In this document: positions 19,897 to 30,692 of the stretch, in pieces
Layout of the letters: every line of letters begins with the position of its first letter
How positions within the stretch are numbered: position 1 is the stretch's first letter
Source: an uncultured Chromatiales bacterium
Lineage (GTDB): Bacteria > Pseudomonadota > Gammaproteobacteria > S012-40
Assembly (NCBI GenBank): GCA_964442745.1
Contig: CAYUAI010000010.1
Span: 3,142-67,141, forward strand
DNA: 64,000 nt
Reading direction: 5' to 3'
Translations under genes and position numbers: made by a program
Notes under the pieces: generated by a model
Told to the model about the DNA's origin: nothing
The model's input: only the letters and a program-made list of their open reading frames with translations
Database searches by the model: none

Positions 19897-21675
19897 GTGA
19901 AAATACAAACAAAATTGTTTTTACCCTTATTTTTACTGTTTGTATTATTTGCGGGTATCTTGCATTTCTATTGGGTGCCAGTGTTGGCAACACAAGACAA
20001 ACAGAATTTTGCTGAGCAACAATATCAAATATTGCAGGCAATCGAACCTCAATTAGCCCAGGCGATTTTGGCCGACGATTCAACAATGCTGCAAAATACC
20101 TTGGAGCCGCACCTGGCGATGAGGAAAAAGACATGGAGTCAGCTGACAATCGCCGATGTCAACGGCAATTTGCTTTATTCGACGAGCAAACAAAATATTT
20201 CACCTAATAAGCCTATTATTCATATCGAATGGCCTATTCAATGGGGGGCGCGCCAAATCGCGCTTATTAAATTGGTTGTCGATATGAGTCAGCGAGTTCA
20301 ACAGCAAAGCCAACAAATTAGACAGATCGAGTTAACTATGTTGTTAGTGATGGTGTTGTTGCTGGTCGCTGGTGCGCTGTGGTTACATTATAAAGTGGGT
20401 CGTCCATTGCTAAAATTAATTCAACGGGTGAGCGATTTATCTGTAGGTGACTTGGAAACAGCATTGCCAAATATTTCAAAAGACGAATGGGGTGATTGTG
20501 TCCGTGCTTTAGAGAGGATACGCATTCAGCGAGTTGATGCTCAAAGTTCTCTCCAGGACGCGTTAGTTTTAGTGCGTGCTAGTGATATCCGGTACCGCAC
20601 CGTATTAGATAATGTTGCTGATGGTATTATTACAACGAATGAACATGGTTATATTGAAAGCTTTAATTCTGCGGCAGAAAAAATATTTGGATATACGCTA
20701 GAAGAAGTGTTGAACAAAAACGTAAAAATGCTAATGACGAGCTTTCACCAAAAAAAGCACGATGATTATATTGAACGTTACAATTCGACCCGACAACGTC
20801 GTGTGCTTGGTTCATTGAGAGAATTCGAGGGGCAACATAAGACGGGAAATATTTTTCCGATGGAGTTGGCCGCAAACGAAATGCAGATGGGAGGACAGCA
20901 GTATTTTTGTGGTATTGTTAGGGATATTAGTGAACGAAAAGAAATGAATCGTTTAAAAGAAGAATTTATTTCAACAATGAGCCACGAGTTAAAAACGCCA
21001 TTAACTTCTATTAAAGCTTCTTTAGGGTTGATTGACGGCGGTATTGCTGGCACGCTTTCAGGCTCGATGAAGAATTTAATTGATATTTCATTGCGAAATA
21101 CAGAGCGACTATTACTACTGATTAATGATATTTTGGATATGGAGAAAATTGGCAGTGATAGCATACATTTTTTTCTTAAAAAACAATCGATACTCTCGTT
21201 GCTTGAACAATCGCTCGCACTGAATAGAAAATGCGCAGAGGAGCATCAGGTGAGTTATCATTTGTTGAATGAATTAGCGGCTGATGTGATGGTAGAGGTT
21301 GATAGCGATCGGTTTATGCAGGTGATGTATAATTTATTATCTAATGCGGCAAAATTCTCGTATGCCAACAGTCAGGTTGAAATCATCGTGAGTGATAATG
21401 GATCGTGTGTTCGGGTCGCAGTAAAAAACCAAGGGGAAGGCATTCCTGGTAAATTTCATGACCGAATTTTTGAAAAATTTTCTCAAGCCGATGGTTCAAG
21501 TACGCGCCAAAAAGGGGGAACCGGGTTAGGGCTAAGCATCGTGAAATCTTTGATAAGAAAAATGGGTGGAACGATTGCATTTAAAAGTATGATGGGTGCT
21601 GCTACCACGTTTTATTTTGATCTACCTAAATATGAACAACGCGATGAGGTTGTCGATGCGCGGCAAGTCGGTTGA
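19897..21675 (+). CDS. Sensor histidine kinase (TM, periplasmic region, PAS, HisKA, HATPase)
   Basis: Two TM segments bracket an ~140 aa extracytoplasmic region. A PAS domain follows (ITTNEHGYIESFNSAAEKIFGY). The H-box is MSHELKTPL and the HATPase motifs are GTGLGLSIVK. Confidence 0.8.
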   Translation: MKIQTKLFLPLFLLFVLFAGILHFYWVPVLATQDKQNFAEQQYQILQAIEPQLAQAILADDSTMLQNTLEPHLAMRKKTWSQLTIADVNGNLLYSTSKQNISPNKPIIHIEWPIQWGARQIALIKLVVDMSQRVQQQSQQIRQIELTMLLVMVLLLVAGALWLHYKVGRPLLKLIQRVSDLSVGDLETALPNISKDEWGDCVRALERIRIQRVDAQSSLQDALVLVRASDIRYRTVLDNVADGIITTNEHGYIESFNSAAEKIFGYTLEEVLNKNVKMLMTSFHQKKHDDYIERYNSTRQRRVLGSLREFEGQHKTGNIFPMELAANEMQMGGQQYFCGIVRDISERKEMNRLKEEFISTMSHELKTPLTSIKASLGLIDGGIAGTLSGSMKNLIDISLRNTERLLLLINDILDMEKIGSDSIHFFLKKQSILSLLEQSLALNRKCAEEHQVSYHLLNELAADVMVEVDSDRFMQVMYNLLSNAAKFSYANSQVEIIVSDNGSCVRVAVKNQGEGIPGKFHDRIFEKFSQADGSSTRQKGGTGLGLSIVKSLIRKMGGTIAFKSMMGAATTFYFDLPKYEQRDEVVDARQVG

Positions 21676-21706
21676 AAAATAACATCGGTGCTTGTAGGTT
21701 TGATGC

Positions 21707-21727
21707 GACAAGCCCCTTCCTGCTAGG
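21707..21727. terminator. Possible bidirectional hairpin between convergent genes
   Basis: ccccttcc-tgcta-ggaagggg. A T9 run lies further downstream at 21781-21789. Confidence 0.3.
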
Positions 21728-21778
21728 AAGGGGAAGGATAACGTCTGCTCGCTAGCCTATTCCTTAGTCACCGTTGGA

Positions 21779-22477
21779 CTATTTTTTTTTATCTGTGTTT
21801 TCGATGGTTTCCAATAATTCTTCATCCAGTTCCGGTAAAGGTTTTTCGTTAGTGTCTGTACCGAATTGTTCATGCAATTCACGGTGCTGTGTCACCAGCT
21901 TTTTGCTGTTTTCCTGAATTTCGCTTAGGCGTTGTTCGAGTTGACGTTTTTCCTTGCGCAGCGAGGTTACGTTGAGCTCTACCTGTTTGCGGGCGGTGGA
22001 TTCGTCATCTTTCTGCTTTTTCAGCACTTTGAGTTTTTTTATGACATTCTCTGGGGTGTCGGCTAGAGCCTTATTGATGGTTTTGAGGGCACTTTCTTTG
22101 GCCGCTAGCAGGTGCTTGAGCTTCTTTATTTCTTTGGCATGCGCGATACGCTCGTCAGCCATATCTTGTTCAGATTTTTCTTTAATCGTCAGCATGTCGG
22201 ACTTGGCGTCCTCGGCCATCGCCAATGTCTTCTCATTTGTCGCGATTTTCTTTTCCATGACGGTCACCGCGAGATCGGCCTGCTCTCGGGCTTTGCTTAC
22301 GTTGATATCCGCTTCTATGCCTTGCTTGATGGTGGTATCCAATGCAAATTTTAGATCTTCCGATTTACAATCAGGGTCTAGGCCGAGCGCATCGGTTGCG
22401 GCCTGTATCAAAATCTGCTTGCTAATCGCAAGGTCTTTCCAAACTTTTAACTGAAGCTCTAATTCTGCTTGATCCAC
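21779..22477 (-). CDS. Hypothetical coiled-coil protein, Lys/Glu-rich
   Basis: A 232 aa ORF with heptad-like KE-rich sequence throughout. I recognise no domain. Confidence 0.45.
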   Translation of the reverse strand: MDQAELELQLKVWKDLAISKQILIQAATDALGLDPDCKSEDLKFALDTTIKQGIEADINVSKAREQADLAVTVMEKKIATNEKTLAMAEDAKSDMLTIKEKSEQDMADERIAHAKEIKKLKHLLAAKESALKTINKALADTPENVIKKLKVLKKQKDDESTARKQVELNVTSLRKEKRQLEQRLSEIQENSKKLVTQHRELHEQFGTDTNEKPLPELDEELLETIENTDKKK

Positions 22478-22671
22478 ATATTTCTCCTAGATTTCTGGGG
22501 TTTTAACTTTTTTGGGGGGGTATTGTAGCTCAAAATGAGGTTAAATACCGCTATAACCAATATTGGCGTTAATAAGGGCAGGTATCGAAATGCGAGAATC
22601 TCGGATCGATGGCCTAACCTCAATGGCTGTTAATACACGAAACCTCATCTAAGTATTGAATAGATAGGCTA

Positions 22672-23865
22672 TCAGGCACCCATTCCTTGGGTGTTACTAT
22701 CGCTGAGTAAGCTGTTACGCTGGTTTTTTGGTTGTTTTTTGTATAGTGGTTTGGCGATGATGCGCCAATCTTTTCCCACGGCTCGAATATCTATCATTTC
22801 TAATGATACTTTTTCAGGTATTGTTTGTATGTGGGGTAAATGAAATGCCCCTCGGGCCGTATCTCCCAGTAGGCTAGGTGCCATATATATCACCAATTCA
22901 TCAATGAGCTTTGCTGTCAAAAAAGCACCATTTAGGGTGGCACCACACTCTAGCATTACGTTATTCATTTGGCGAGATGCGAGTTCTTGTAAAACCTGAT
23001 CCACGGGTATTCGCTGGGAGTCATGGGGCGGTAGTAACATAATTTCAGCACCGGCGGTTTGTAATTCTGAGATTTTTTGTGGATCGTTTTTTTTGGTAAA
23101 GACTAAAACATTGGCATTGACCTGAAAGAGTTTAGCGGTGGCGCTTAGTCGGAGTTGGGTATCGAGTATGACTCGGTAAGGTTGAGTATCGCGTATTTTG
23201 AGTAGGCTCGGCTCACGAATGGTTAATAATGGATCATCGTGTAATACGGTTTCGATTCCTGTGATGATGGCACAGCTTTGCGCTCGCAGATCCTGCACAT
23301 CTTGCCGAGCGCAGGCCTGAGTGATCCATTGGCTTACCCCTGATGCGAGCGCCGTGCGGCCATCTAAGCTCATGGCGATTTTACTGCGAAGCCAAGGTTT
23401 GTGCTCAGTCATTCTTTTGATATAACCTAGGTTAAGGCGTTGTGCTTGTTCCTCAAATAAGCCAATCTGTACTTCGATACCATGATTTTGCAGTATTTTG
23501 ACACCTTTGCCGGCCATGAGTGGATTGGGGTCCAACATGGCGACAACGACCCGGCTGATTTTCGCGTCAATTAACGCTTGAGTACAAGGTGGGGTTCGTC
23601 CGTGATGACAGCACGGTTCCAAGGTAATGTAGGCAGTTGCTCCCGCTGTGGTTTGTGTGGCATTGCGTAATGCGACGACTTCGGCATGAGGCCCGCCGGC
23701 TTTGGCATGCCATCCTTGTCCAATCATTTGACCATATTGTGTGAGTACACAGCCGACGTTTGGGTTAGGTGCCGTGGTATAATGGCCGCGTTGTGCAAGC
23801 TGCAATGCCAGCGCCATAAAATGTGGGTCATCAGCTATTTTTCTAATGGGGTGAGTCATTGTCAT
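22672..23865 (-). CDS. ribD: Bifunctional riboflavin biosynthesis protein RibD (deaminase/reductase)
   Basis: The deaminase motifs are HAEVVAL and TLEPCCHHGRTPPC. A C-terminal reductase domain is present. Confidence 0.9.
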   Translation of the reverse strand: MTMTHPIRKIADDPHFMALALQLAQRGHYTTAPNPNVGCVLTQYGQMIGQGWHAKAGGPHAEVVALRNATQTTAGATAYITLEPCCHHGRTPPCTQALIDAKISRVVVAMLDPNPLMAGKGVKILQNHGIEVQIGLFEEQAQRLNLGYIKRMTEHKPWLRSKIAMSLDGRTALASGVSQWITQACARQDVQDLRAQSCAIITGIETVLHDDPLLTIREPSLLKIRDTQPYRVILDTQLRLSATAKLFQVNANVLVFTKKNDPQKISELQTAGAEIMLLPPHDSQRIPVDQVLQELASRQMNNVMLECGATLNGAFLTAKLIDELVIYMAPSLLGDTARGAFHLPHIQTIPEKVSLEMIDIRAVGKDWRIIAKPLYKKQPKNQRNSLLSDSNTQGMGA

Positions 23866-24159
23866 CTTCCGTTTAACAGCGCTTGCTTAGGGCATCCATC
23901 ATGGATGCTGATAGTTTATTGATGTTGGTTTATCTTTGGCTATTGGTATCAGTTATTACCTAATATTTTAACCAAAATCCCACGCTTTTTCTACGACTCT
24001 GCCAACAGATATTTACCAAATGTTGTTTTATTACCAACAAAATTTGTGAATTAGTTCATCTGAGTTTTTATCGGGGAAGTGGTTTAATGCCATGACACCA
24101 ACACTTCTCATTGGGGTCGCCGGTTTCGTTTGGTTTCGTAATGGGATTAAAAATGAAAA

Positions 24160-24975
24160 ATCGTTTCATTGGACAGAGTGATAAGGAATGTGCGCCAGCA
24201 ATGTTTATCACGTGCCCATTCCTTATCAGCGCCCGGAGCTAATGCTTAGGTCAGACTGGAGATCGCAGAAAAATCGGCACCAACAAATTTATCGGTGTTG
24301 ATTGATGGTGAGAGTGGTATGGGCAAAGAGTTAATGGCGAAAGTGCGCATGGCGGTACTATATTTCTGGATGAAATTGGCGAGTTTCCATTATCCGGGCC
24401 AGTAAAATTTTTTCGGGTTTTACAGTCCAATGAAGTTCAGCGGGTCGGTTCCGATGAATGTGTGCATATTGATACTCGGGTGGTGGCGGCGACCAATAGA
24501 GATTTATTTACCATGTGTCAAGAGAGAAGCTTTCGTGAAGATCTTTATTATCGATTGAGTGTGATACAGGTGAGTTTACCTGCCTTGCGTGAGCGGCGTG
24601 ATGAAAATTGGTTTACTTTGTGAGTATTTTTGTGATGAAGCGGCGGAAGAATTGAATCGATCACCGGTTCGCATGTCACCCAGACTCAAGGTTTTTTTAA
24701 AGGAATACGCTTATCCTGGCAATATTCGGGAGTTGCGAAATATTATTTATCGTTTATCTTGTTTAGCGCCGTCGATGGCGGATATCGAGCATTTGCCTGA
24801 CAATATCCGACCGACGGGGACTGGATTTGAATTTCTAAAAAAAGCGAATTTATGGGAGATTCCGCTGTGCGATATTAAAAAAATGGCCAGTGACGAGGCT
24901 GAGAAGCCGTTTTTAGAAGAAGGCTTGTCAATCGGCGGCAAGCCCGAGTCGTTGTCGTTGATATTCCCCGGATAA
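24160..24975 (+). pseudogene. Decayed sigma-54-dependent transcriptional activator (NtrC/FleQ family), fragmented by frameshifts, with no receiver domain
   Basis: Across three frames I read FIGQS..., VLIDGESGMGKEL, ...FLDEIGELPLSGQ.KFFRVLQSNEVQRVGSDECVHIDTRVVAATNRDL...FREDLYYRLSVIQVSLPALRERRDE and ...PGNIRELRNIIYRL, each interrupted by stops. Confidence 0.6.
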
Positions 24976-25992
24976 TATAGTTTGCCACCAGGCGGTATTA
25001 TCTAAATACCATTGCACCGTTTTTTTGAGGCCAGTGTCAAATGTTTCTTGCGGTGTCCAACCGAGTTGTTTTTGAATTTTCTGGGCGTCAATGGCATAAC
25101 GCTGGTCATGGCCTGGACGGTCTTGCACGTATTCGATGAATTGTGCATGAGGTTTGGCGATGGGCGTTTCTATTAAGTCATCTAAGTGTTGGCAAATGAG
25201 TTTGACCACTTCAATATTGGTTTTTTCATTGTGGCCACCAATATTATAGGTTTCGCCAACCTGTCCTTTTTCTAGCACTAGCCGCAAGGCGCGGGCGTGA
25301 TCTTCCACATATAGCCAGTCGCGTATATTATTACCTTGTCCATAGACGGGCAATTTTTTTCCTTCCATGCCATTGAGTATCATCAGCGGGATGAGTTTTT
25401 CGGGAAATTGGTAGGGACCGTAGTTATTGGAGCAGTTGGTTATCAGCGTGGGAATGCCAAAGGTATGGTACCAGGCACGGACTAAATGGTCCGATGAGGC
25501 TTTGCTGGCTGAGTAGGGTGAATTCGGCGAGTACGGTGTGGTTTCTGTGAAATAGCCATGGGCTGGCAAGGAGCCAAAAACTTCATCGGTGGAGATGTGG
25601 TGAAAGCGAAAAGCTTGCTGTCGTGTGTGATCCAGGGTGGACCAATATTGGCGGGTGGCTTCTAACAAGCTAAAGGTACCCATGATATTGGTTTGCATAA
25701 AATCCGCCGGACCTTCGATAGATCTGTCAACATGGGATTCGGCGGCAAGATGCATGATGGCACTGGGTTGATATTGCTTGAAGATGCCATGCATGTCTTG
25801 TTGGTGGCAGATATTTTTTTGCTGAAAAATATGGCGCTCATGATTTCTGGCGGCGCCGAGCGATGACACATTGCCAGCATAAGTTAAACAATCGATATTT
25901 ACGATAATATGGTTTGTTTCTTCGATGAGCTGCCGGACAACGGCTGAGCCAATAAAACCGGCACCACCAGTGATTAATATTGTTTTTTGTTT
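24928..25992 (-). CDS. rfbB: dTDP-glucose 4,6-dehydratase
   Basis: [17 protein letters not shown] with the YxxxK SDR core and strong overall RmlB similarity. The ORF track start at 26007 is probably a TTG artefact. The 3' end overlaps the terminal pseudogene fragment. Confidence 0.85.
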   Translation of the reverse strand, partial: KQKTILITGGAGFIGSAVVRQLIEETNHIIVNIDCLTYAGNVSSLGAARNHERHIFQQKNICHQQDMHGIFKQYQPSAIMHLAAESHVDRSIEGPADFMQTNIMGTFSLLEATRQYWSTLDHTRQQAFRFHHISTDEVFGSLPAHGYFTETTPYSPNSPYSASKASSDHLVRAWYHTFGIPTLITNCSNNYGPYQFPEKLIPLMILNGMEGKKLPVYGQGNNIRDWLYVEDHARALRLVLEKGQVGETYNIGGHNEKTNIEVVKLICQHLDDLIETPIAKPHAQFIEYVQDRPGHDQRYAIDAQKIQKQLGWTPQETFDTGLKKTVQWYLDNTAWWQTILSGEYQRQRLGLAAD

Positions 25993-26123
25993 CATTGCAT
26001 TAAGCATCAGATTGAAGAAGTCGGATGTACTAGGTTATTTACGGCAGTTTATGTAGGTCGTAGTGATCGAAAATTAAGCTAACTATTGATTTGATGTGCT
26101 GATGGCGACCTACATACCTGGGG

Positions 26124-26366
26124 TTATTTTTGGTTTTGCCTATGTTGCTGCAGTAAGTTAGCTACTTGATTATCAATATCAGGGTGTGTTATTTCTGGTT
26201 CCTTCAAGTGTTTGACTGCATTGATGGTTGCCTGTAATTGTTTCATAAAACGGTGGCAATGGACACACATCATTAGATGTATTTTTATGCGCATCCGCGT
26301 CATCAACGGTAGATCTTGGTCGAGGTATTGGCTCGATAATTTAGCAATGTCACGACAACTTATCAT
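26124..26366 (-). CDS. Putative zf-HC2 anti-sigma factor
   Basis: An 80 aa protein with HLMMCVHCH. It overlaps the upstream ECF sigma gene by 4 nt (ATGA). Confidence 0.5.
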   Translation of the reverse strand: MISCRDIAKLSSQYLDQDLPLMTRMRIKIHLMMCVHCHRFMKQLQATINAVKHLKEPEITHPDIDNQVANLLQQHRQNQK

Positions 26367-26965
26367 GATGTTTGACTCTCGTGTTGGTCAATCGCATTCC
26401 AGAGTTGTGTTCGGGCGCGATGTAATAGTACTCTACTATTAGATGCAGAAACCTCAAGAATCTTACATATTTCTTCCATTTCCATGTCTTCAATTTCGCG
26501 TAAAATTAGCACAGATTGTTGCAGAGGCGGTAACTTATTGATTTCTTTTATTATTACTTCTTTCAATTGTTCGCTGCCTAAAATTTGATCGGGTGTTTCT
26601 CCGTGCCAGACGCTCGGGTGCATCTGCCACATGCCATTTTCAGTAAAGCGATCGGCAGGAATCGATAGTTGAGCGAGGTCTTCGGCACTGCCGACGGCAA
26701 TATTACGAGATTCCTTGCGCAAGCGTGTTTTGGCACAGTTGCTAACAATGCGTAGTATCCAGGTTTTTAAACTCGATCGTTGTTGGAAGTTTGGCAATGC
26801 TTTAATCACAGATAACCAGGTTTCTTGCACCACTTCTTCAGCAATGGATGGGCCGACGATTGCTCGGGCAACTTTTAGCATAATACTTTGATAGGATTTA
26901 ACCAGGTGCCGAAACGCGGCTTCATCACCGGCGAGTAATTTGGTTACTAATATGTCATCTTTCAT
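26363..26965 (-). CDS. ECF-subfamily RNA polymerase sigma-70 factor
   Basis: It has sigma-70 region 2 (VQETWLSVIKAL) and region 4 (LPPLQQSVLILREIEDMEMEEICKILEVSASNSRVLLHRARTQL). Confidence 0.8.
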   Translation of the reverse strand: MKDDILVTKLLAGDEAAFRHLVKSYQSIMLKVARAIVGPSIAEEVVQETWLSVIKALPNFQQRSSLKTWILRIVSNCAKTRLRKESRNIAVGSAEDLAQLSIPADRFTENGMWQMHPSVWHGETPDQILGSEQLKEVIIKEINKLPPLQQSVLILREIEDMEMEEICKILEVSASNSRVLLHRARTQLWNAIDQHESQTS

Positions 26966-27477
26966 GTTGGATTTTTCATCCGGTTGAGTAGTCTCTTGTG
27001 TTTCTCATTTTATCCCCCGAGTTGTCGTTAATTACGGTGGTAAAAGCAGCACTGTAACATTTTTTTTTTCATGATGTCTAGAAAGCAAAGGAAGCGGCCT
27101 TGTTGTTTGCTTGTACTGCGCATGACCTGGATAATGTACATGATTTGTGGCTTGTCGCAAGTAAAAATCTTTGCCCGTTCAAGGGTGACGTGAGAATTTT
27201 GTGATCGCTGTACTCATTGGGTAATTTTTTTCTATACCGATAGCCAATTATTTTTAGATAAGTTGACGGGGGGCCGGTTAAAATAGTGTCGGCGATGGGT
27301 ATATTTACTGCAATGAGTCACTCGATCGTTTGGGTCAATGATGAGCGGGTTTTGGTAGTAGGCCGTGAGTGTCACATACGGTGCTGATAAGGTGAAAGGC
27401 TAAATGAACACCTTTAAAATTGGCGATTGCCATCGCTTGGTATCTGACAATATAGAAGTCGGTTTAGGAGATAGAAT

Positions 27478-28440
27478 ATGCGTGCCACTTTACCTTTATT
27501 AGAGGTTTCGGATTTTCCGGAGCTGCGTCGAGATACTTTGACAACGTTGCAAGTTAACTTGGGGTATCGATGTAATCAGCAATGTGTGCACTGTCATGTC
27601 AGTGCGGGTCCTAAGCGCAAAGAGAATATGACCTTAGAAACGGTGCAGCAAATTATCGAATTTATGCGCCAATCAAGTGTGACAAGCATCGACTTAACCG
27701 GTGGGGCACCGGAGCTTAATCCCCACTTCCGTGATTTGGTTGATGCCGCCGTCGCAAGCGATATCAATGTGATGGACCGCTGTAATATTACCGTGCTGGA
27801 AGAGCCGGGCCAGGAAAGCTTGGCAAATTACTTAGCGGATCGCAAAGTAGAAATTACCGCCTCACTACCTTGTTATATGGAAGACAATGTTGATCAGCAG
27901 CGAGGAAAGGGGGTTTTTCAAAGTAGTATTCGTGGTTTACAAGCATTAAATGCGTTGGGTTATGGTCAGCCAAATAGTGGTTTACGACTCAATTTGGTTT
28001 ATAATCCGCAAGGTTGGGTTTTGCCTCCGGCTCAAGCTGAGCTTGAAGCTGACTATAAAAAACATTTACAACAACACTTTGGTATTGTGTTTAACCAGTT
28101 GTATACCATCACCAATATGCCCATCCAGCGCTTTGGAAGCATGTTGGTCTCCAAGGGGAAATTCCATCATTACATGTCATTACTCAAAACATCGTATGCA
28201 AAGGTTAATTTGCCGACGGTTATGTGTCGTCGCTTAATCAGTGTAGATTGGCAGGGTTATGTCTATGATTGCGATTTTAATCAAATGCTAGATTTGCCAC
28301 TGAGAATGGAAAATCGGCCTAAAGCACATATCAATGACTTGCTAAAATATGATTTAAATGGCAATCCCATTGTGGTGGCAGATCATTGTTACGGATGTAC
28401 GGCGGGCAGTGGCAGTAGTTGTGGTGGCGCATTATCATAA
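27478..28440 (+). CDS. arsS: Arsenosugar-biosynthesis-type radical SAM protein ArsS (TIGR04167-like)
   Basis: The radical SAM motif is CNQQCVHCH. The strings LTGGAPELNP, DRCNITVL, LNLVYNPQG, TNMPIQRFG and VDWQGYVYDCDFNQML match the ArsS family as I recall it. Confidence 0.75.
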   Translation: MRATLPLLEVSDFPELRRDTLTTLQVNLGYRCNQQCVHCHVSAGPKRKENMTLETVQQIIEFMRQSSVTSIDLTGGAPELNPHFRDLVDAAVASDINVMDRCNITVLEEPGQESLANYLADRKVEITASLPCYMEDNVDQQRGKGVFQSSIRGLQALNALGYGQPNSGLRLNLVYNPQGWVLPPAQAELEADYKKHLQQHFGIVFNQLYTITNMPIQRFGSMLVSKGKFHHYMSLLKTSYAKVNLPTVMCRRLISVDWQGYVYDCDFNQMLDLPLRMENRPKAHINDLLKYDLNGNPIVVADHCYGCTAGSGSSCGGALS

Positions 28441-28512
28441 AAATTCTGATGGTATATCGGTAGCGAATGATTTGGATCAATAAAATAATAGAGTAATTAC
28501 GAGGAGTCAAGC

Positions 28513-29637
28513 GTGGATTTAAATGCGAGTGTATTAGATCGCTATTCTGGCGGTGCCAAAGAGCGTCAAGAATTATTATGTTGCCCTGTTGGCTATGATA
28601 GCGAGGCGTTAGCCCTGCTTCCCCAAGAAATTATCGATAAAGACTATGGCTGTGGTGATCCATCACGTTATGTGCGTCCAGGCGATACGGTGCTTGATCT
28701 TGGTAGTGGCGGTGGTAAAATTTGTTATATGGCCGCGAGTATTGTGGGTCAAGAAGGTAAGGTGATTGGCGTTGATATGAATGATGACATGTTAATGCTT
28801 GCAAGAAAATATCAACAAGAAATGGCGGATAAGTTAGGGAGCGATCGTGTCGCGTTTGTAAAAGGGTATATTCAGGATTTGGCGCTGGATGTGACGGCCA
28901 TGGAACAAAGGCTTGCCGATCATCCCGTTAAAAATGCAAAAGATTATTCGGCATTAGGTGACTATCAAGCGCGTCAACGACAAAACAATCCTCTCATTAA
29001 AGACAATTCGATTGATTTAGTGATTTCCAACTGTGTACTTAATCTGGTGAGCGATTCGGAAAAAACTCAGCTTGTCCACGAAATATTTCGTGTCTTAAAG
29101 CCCGGTGGTCGAGTGGCAATTTCTGATATCGTGAGCGATGAGTTTGTCCCCGATACACTTAAAAATGATCCAGAACTATGGAGTGGCTGTATTTCTGGCG
29201 CGTTTCAAGAGCATGAGTTGATGGAGGCCTTTGTTGACGCGGGATTTGTTGCCGTGTGTTTTGATAAATGGGAGGAAACGCCTTGGCAAGTGGTTGAGGG
29301 GCTCGAATTTCGTTCGGTGACTTTGACGGCGGTGAAGGGTGAAGGTAATGATTGTATTGATCGAGGTCATGCGGTTATTTACAAAGGTCCTTACGCTAAT
29401 GTCCATGACGAAGAAGGCCACATTTTTCCGCGAGGCGAACGAATTGCGGTATGTGAAAGAACCTTTGGTATGTTAACGCAAGGCCCTTATAAAGATGATT
29501 TTATTGGTATTGCGCCCGCCACTTTGTGGGAACCCAGACACTGGTGTGCGCCAGCGGGCACGTTGCGACCGGCCTCTCAAACAAAGGGGGCTAGCTATCA
29601 AATATCCGATGAATCATCTGTCGGCACTTGTTGCTAA
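28513..29637 (+). CDS. arsM: ArsM-like arsenite S-adenosylmethionine methyltransferase
   Basis: The class I SAM motif is VLDLGSGGG. The N-terminal Cys pair is LLCCPVGYD. A long Cys-containing C-terminal domain follows. The gene sits next to arsS. Confidence 0.7.
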   Translation: MDLNASVLDRYSGGAKERQELLCCPVGYDSEALALLPQEIIDKDYGCGDPSRYVRPGDTVLDLGSGGGKICYMAASIVGQEGKVIGVDMNDDMLMLARKYQQEMADKLGSDRVAFVKGYIQDLALDVTAMEQRLADHPVKNAKDYSALGDYQARQRQNNPLIKDNSIDLVISNCVLNLVSDSEKTQLVHEIFRVLKPGGRVAISDIVSDEFVPDTLKNDPELWSGCISGAFQEHELMEAFVDAGFVAVCFDKWEETPWQVVEGLEFRSVTLTAVKGEGNDCIDRGHAVIYKGPYANVHDEEGHIFPRGERIAVCERTFGMLTQGPYKDDFIGIAPATLWEPRHWCAPAGTLRPASQTKGASYQISDESSVGTCC

Positions 29638-30055
29638 GGAATGGGCATGTAATAACTTTCTTGTTTAGCGCTTGGCTTTGTCTCGATAATTGCTCCATGC
29701 GTTATTCTACCTCCTAACTCCCTTTAGTCATCCTGAATGGCCTAAAGCACCTACGGGTCGTCAATCCGGTCGATCCAATCTTACCTAAATCTGGGCGCGA
29801 AAATGGTAGTTGATGGTCGTGCTGAATATACACGAATTTGATTGGACATTGAATGAGAATCTTTATTTGGTTTAGAAGCTGTTTGGTTAAAAAATATTGA
29901 GCGAAAAGTCATCAAAATGAGACAATTTTTTCGATCGTTTGAGAAGAATAGCCGTGCTATTTGCCGAAAAGGATCAGGATAAGCGGTCATTTTGATGGTT
30001 TTTCAGCCGCTTCATTTTTTAACCAAGCCGCTTCTTAGGAAGATAATGACGAGCA

Positions 30056-30685
30056 ATGAATAGCCAGTTAGGCAGAAGTGAAAATTTACTGATGATATTT
30101 ACCAAGGCCCCCGCGCTTGGGAAAGTGAAAACCCGGTTGATTTCTGAGTTGGGTGCTGAAAAAGCGAGGGCGGTTCATGTTGATTTAGTCATGCATACCT
30201 TAGCGCGTATGGTCAGTAACGAATGGACGACGCAATTATGGTGTAGTCCAGATTGTCATAGTGATTTTTTTAAGCAAATGCAACAACATTTCAATGTTGT
30301 CTTGAAGCCACAGATGGGAGAAGACCTGGGACAACGGATGTATCAGGCATTTAGTGATGCACTTCGCCAATATAAGTGTGTCATTGTGATTGGCACGGAT
30401 TGCCCGGTATTGGAGGCCAGTCATATCCGGCAATCTTTTGCAAAAATACGGACAAATACTGCCGTTGTTATCCCAGCCACGGATGGAGGTTATGTATTAC
30501 TAGGTTTAAACAGGGTTGAGAGGGGGTTATTTTCCGATATTCAGTGGGGGACTGACCAGGTGATGGAAGTGACTCGTGCTCATTTTATCCGATTGGGCTG
30601 GCCATGCTTTGAATACCCGTCATTATGGGATGTGGATTGGCCAGAAGATTATCGACGGGCTCGGCAGTATTTATTGCTGGAATAA
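30056..30685 (+). CDS. TIGR04282/DUF2064 family glycosyltransferase (arsenosugar-associated)
   Basis: The N-terminus is LMIFTKAPALGKVKTRL, with IGTDCP and PATDGGY motifs, giving an MobA-like nucleotidyltransferase fold signature. Confidence 0.65.
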   Translation: MNSQLGRSENLLMIFTKAPALGKVKTRLISELGAEKARAVHVDLVMHTLARMVSNEWTTQLWCSPDCHSDFFKQMQQHFNVVLKPQMGEDLGQRMYQAFSDALRQYKCVIVIGTDCPVLEASHIRQSFAKIRTNTAVVIPATDGGYVLLGLNRVERGLFSDIQWGTDQVMEVTRAHFIRLGWPCFEYPSLWDVDWPEDYRRARQYLLLE

Positions 30686-30692
30686 CATTTAG

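Noticed and set aside
21954-22454. 166 aa ORF antisense to the coiled-coil gene
   Set aside because: It is Ser/Ala/Leu-rich low complexity on the antisense strand of a periodic KE-rich gene. This is a typical shadow ORF.
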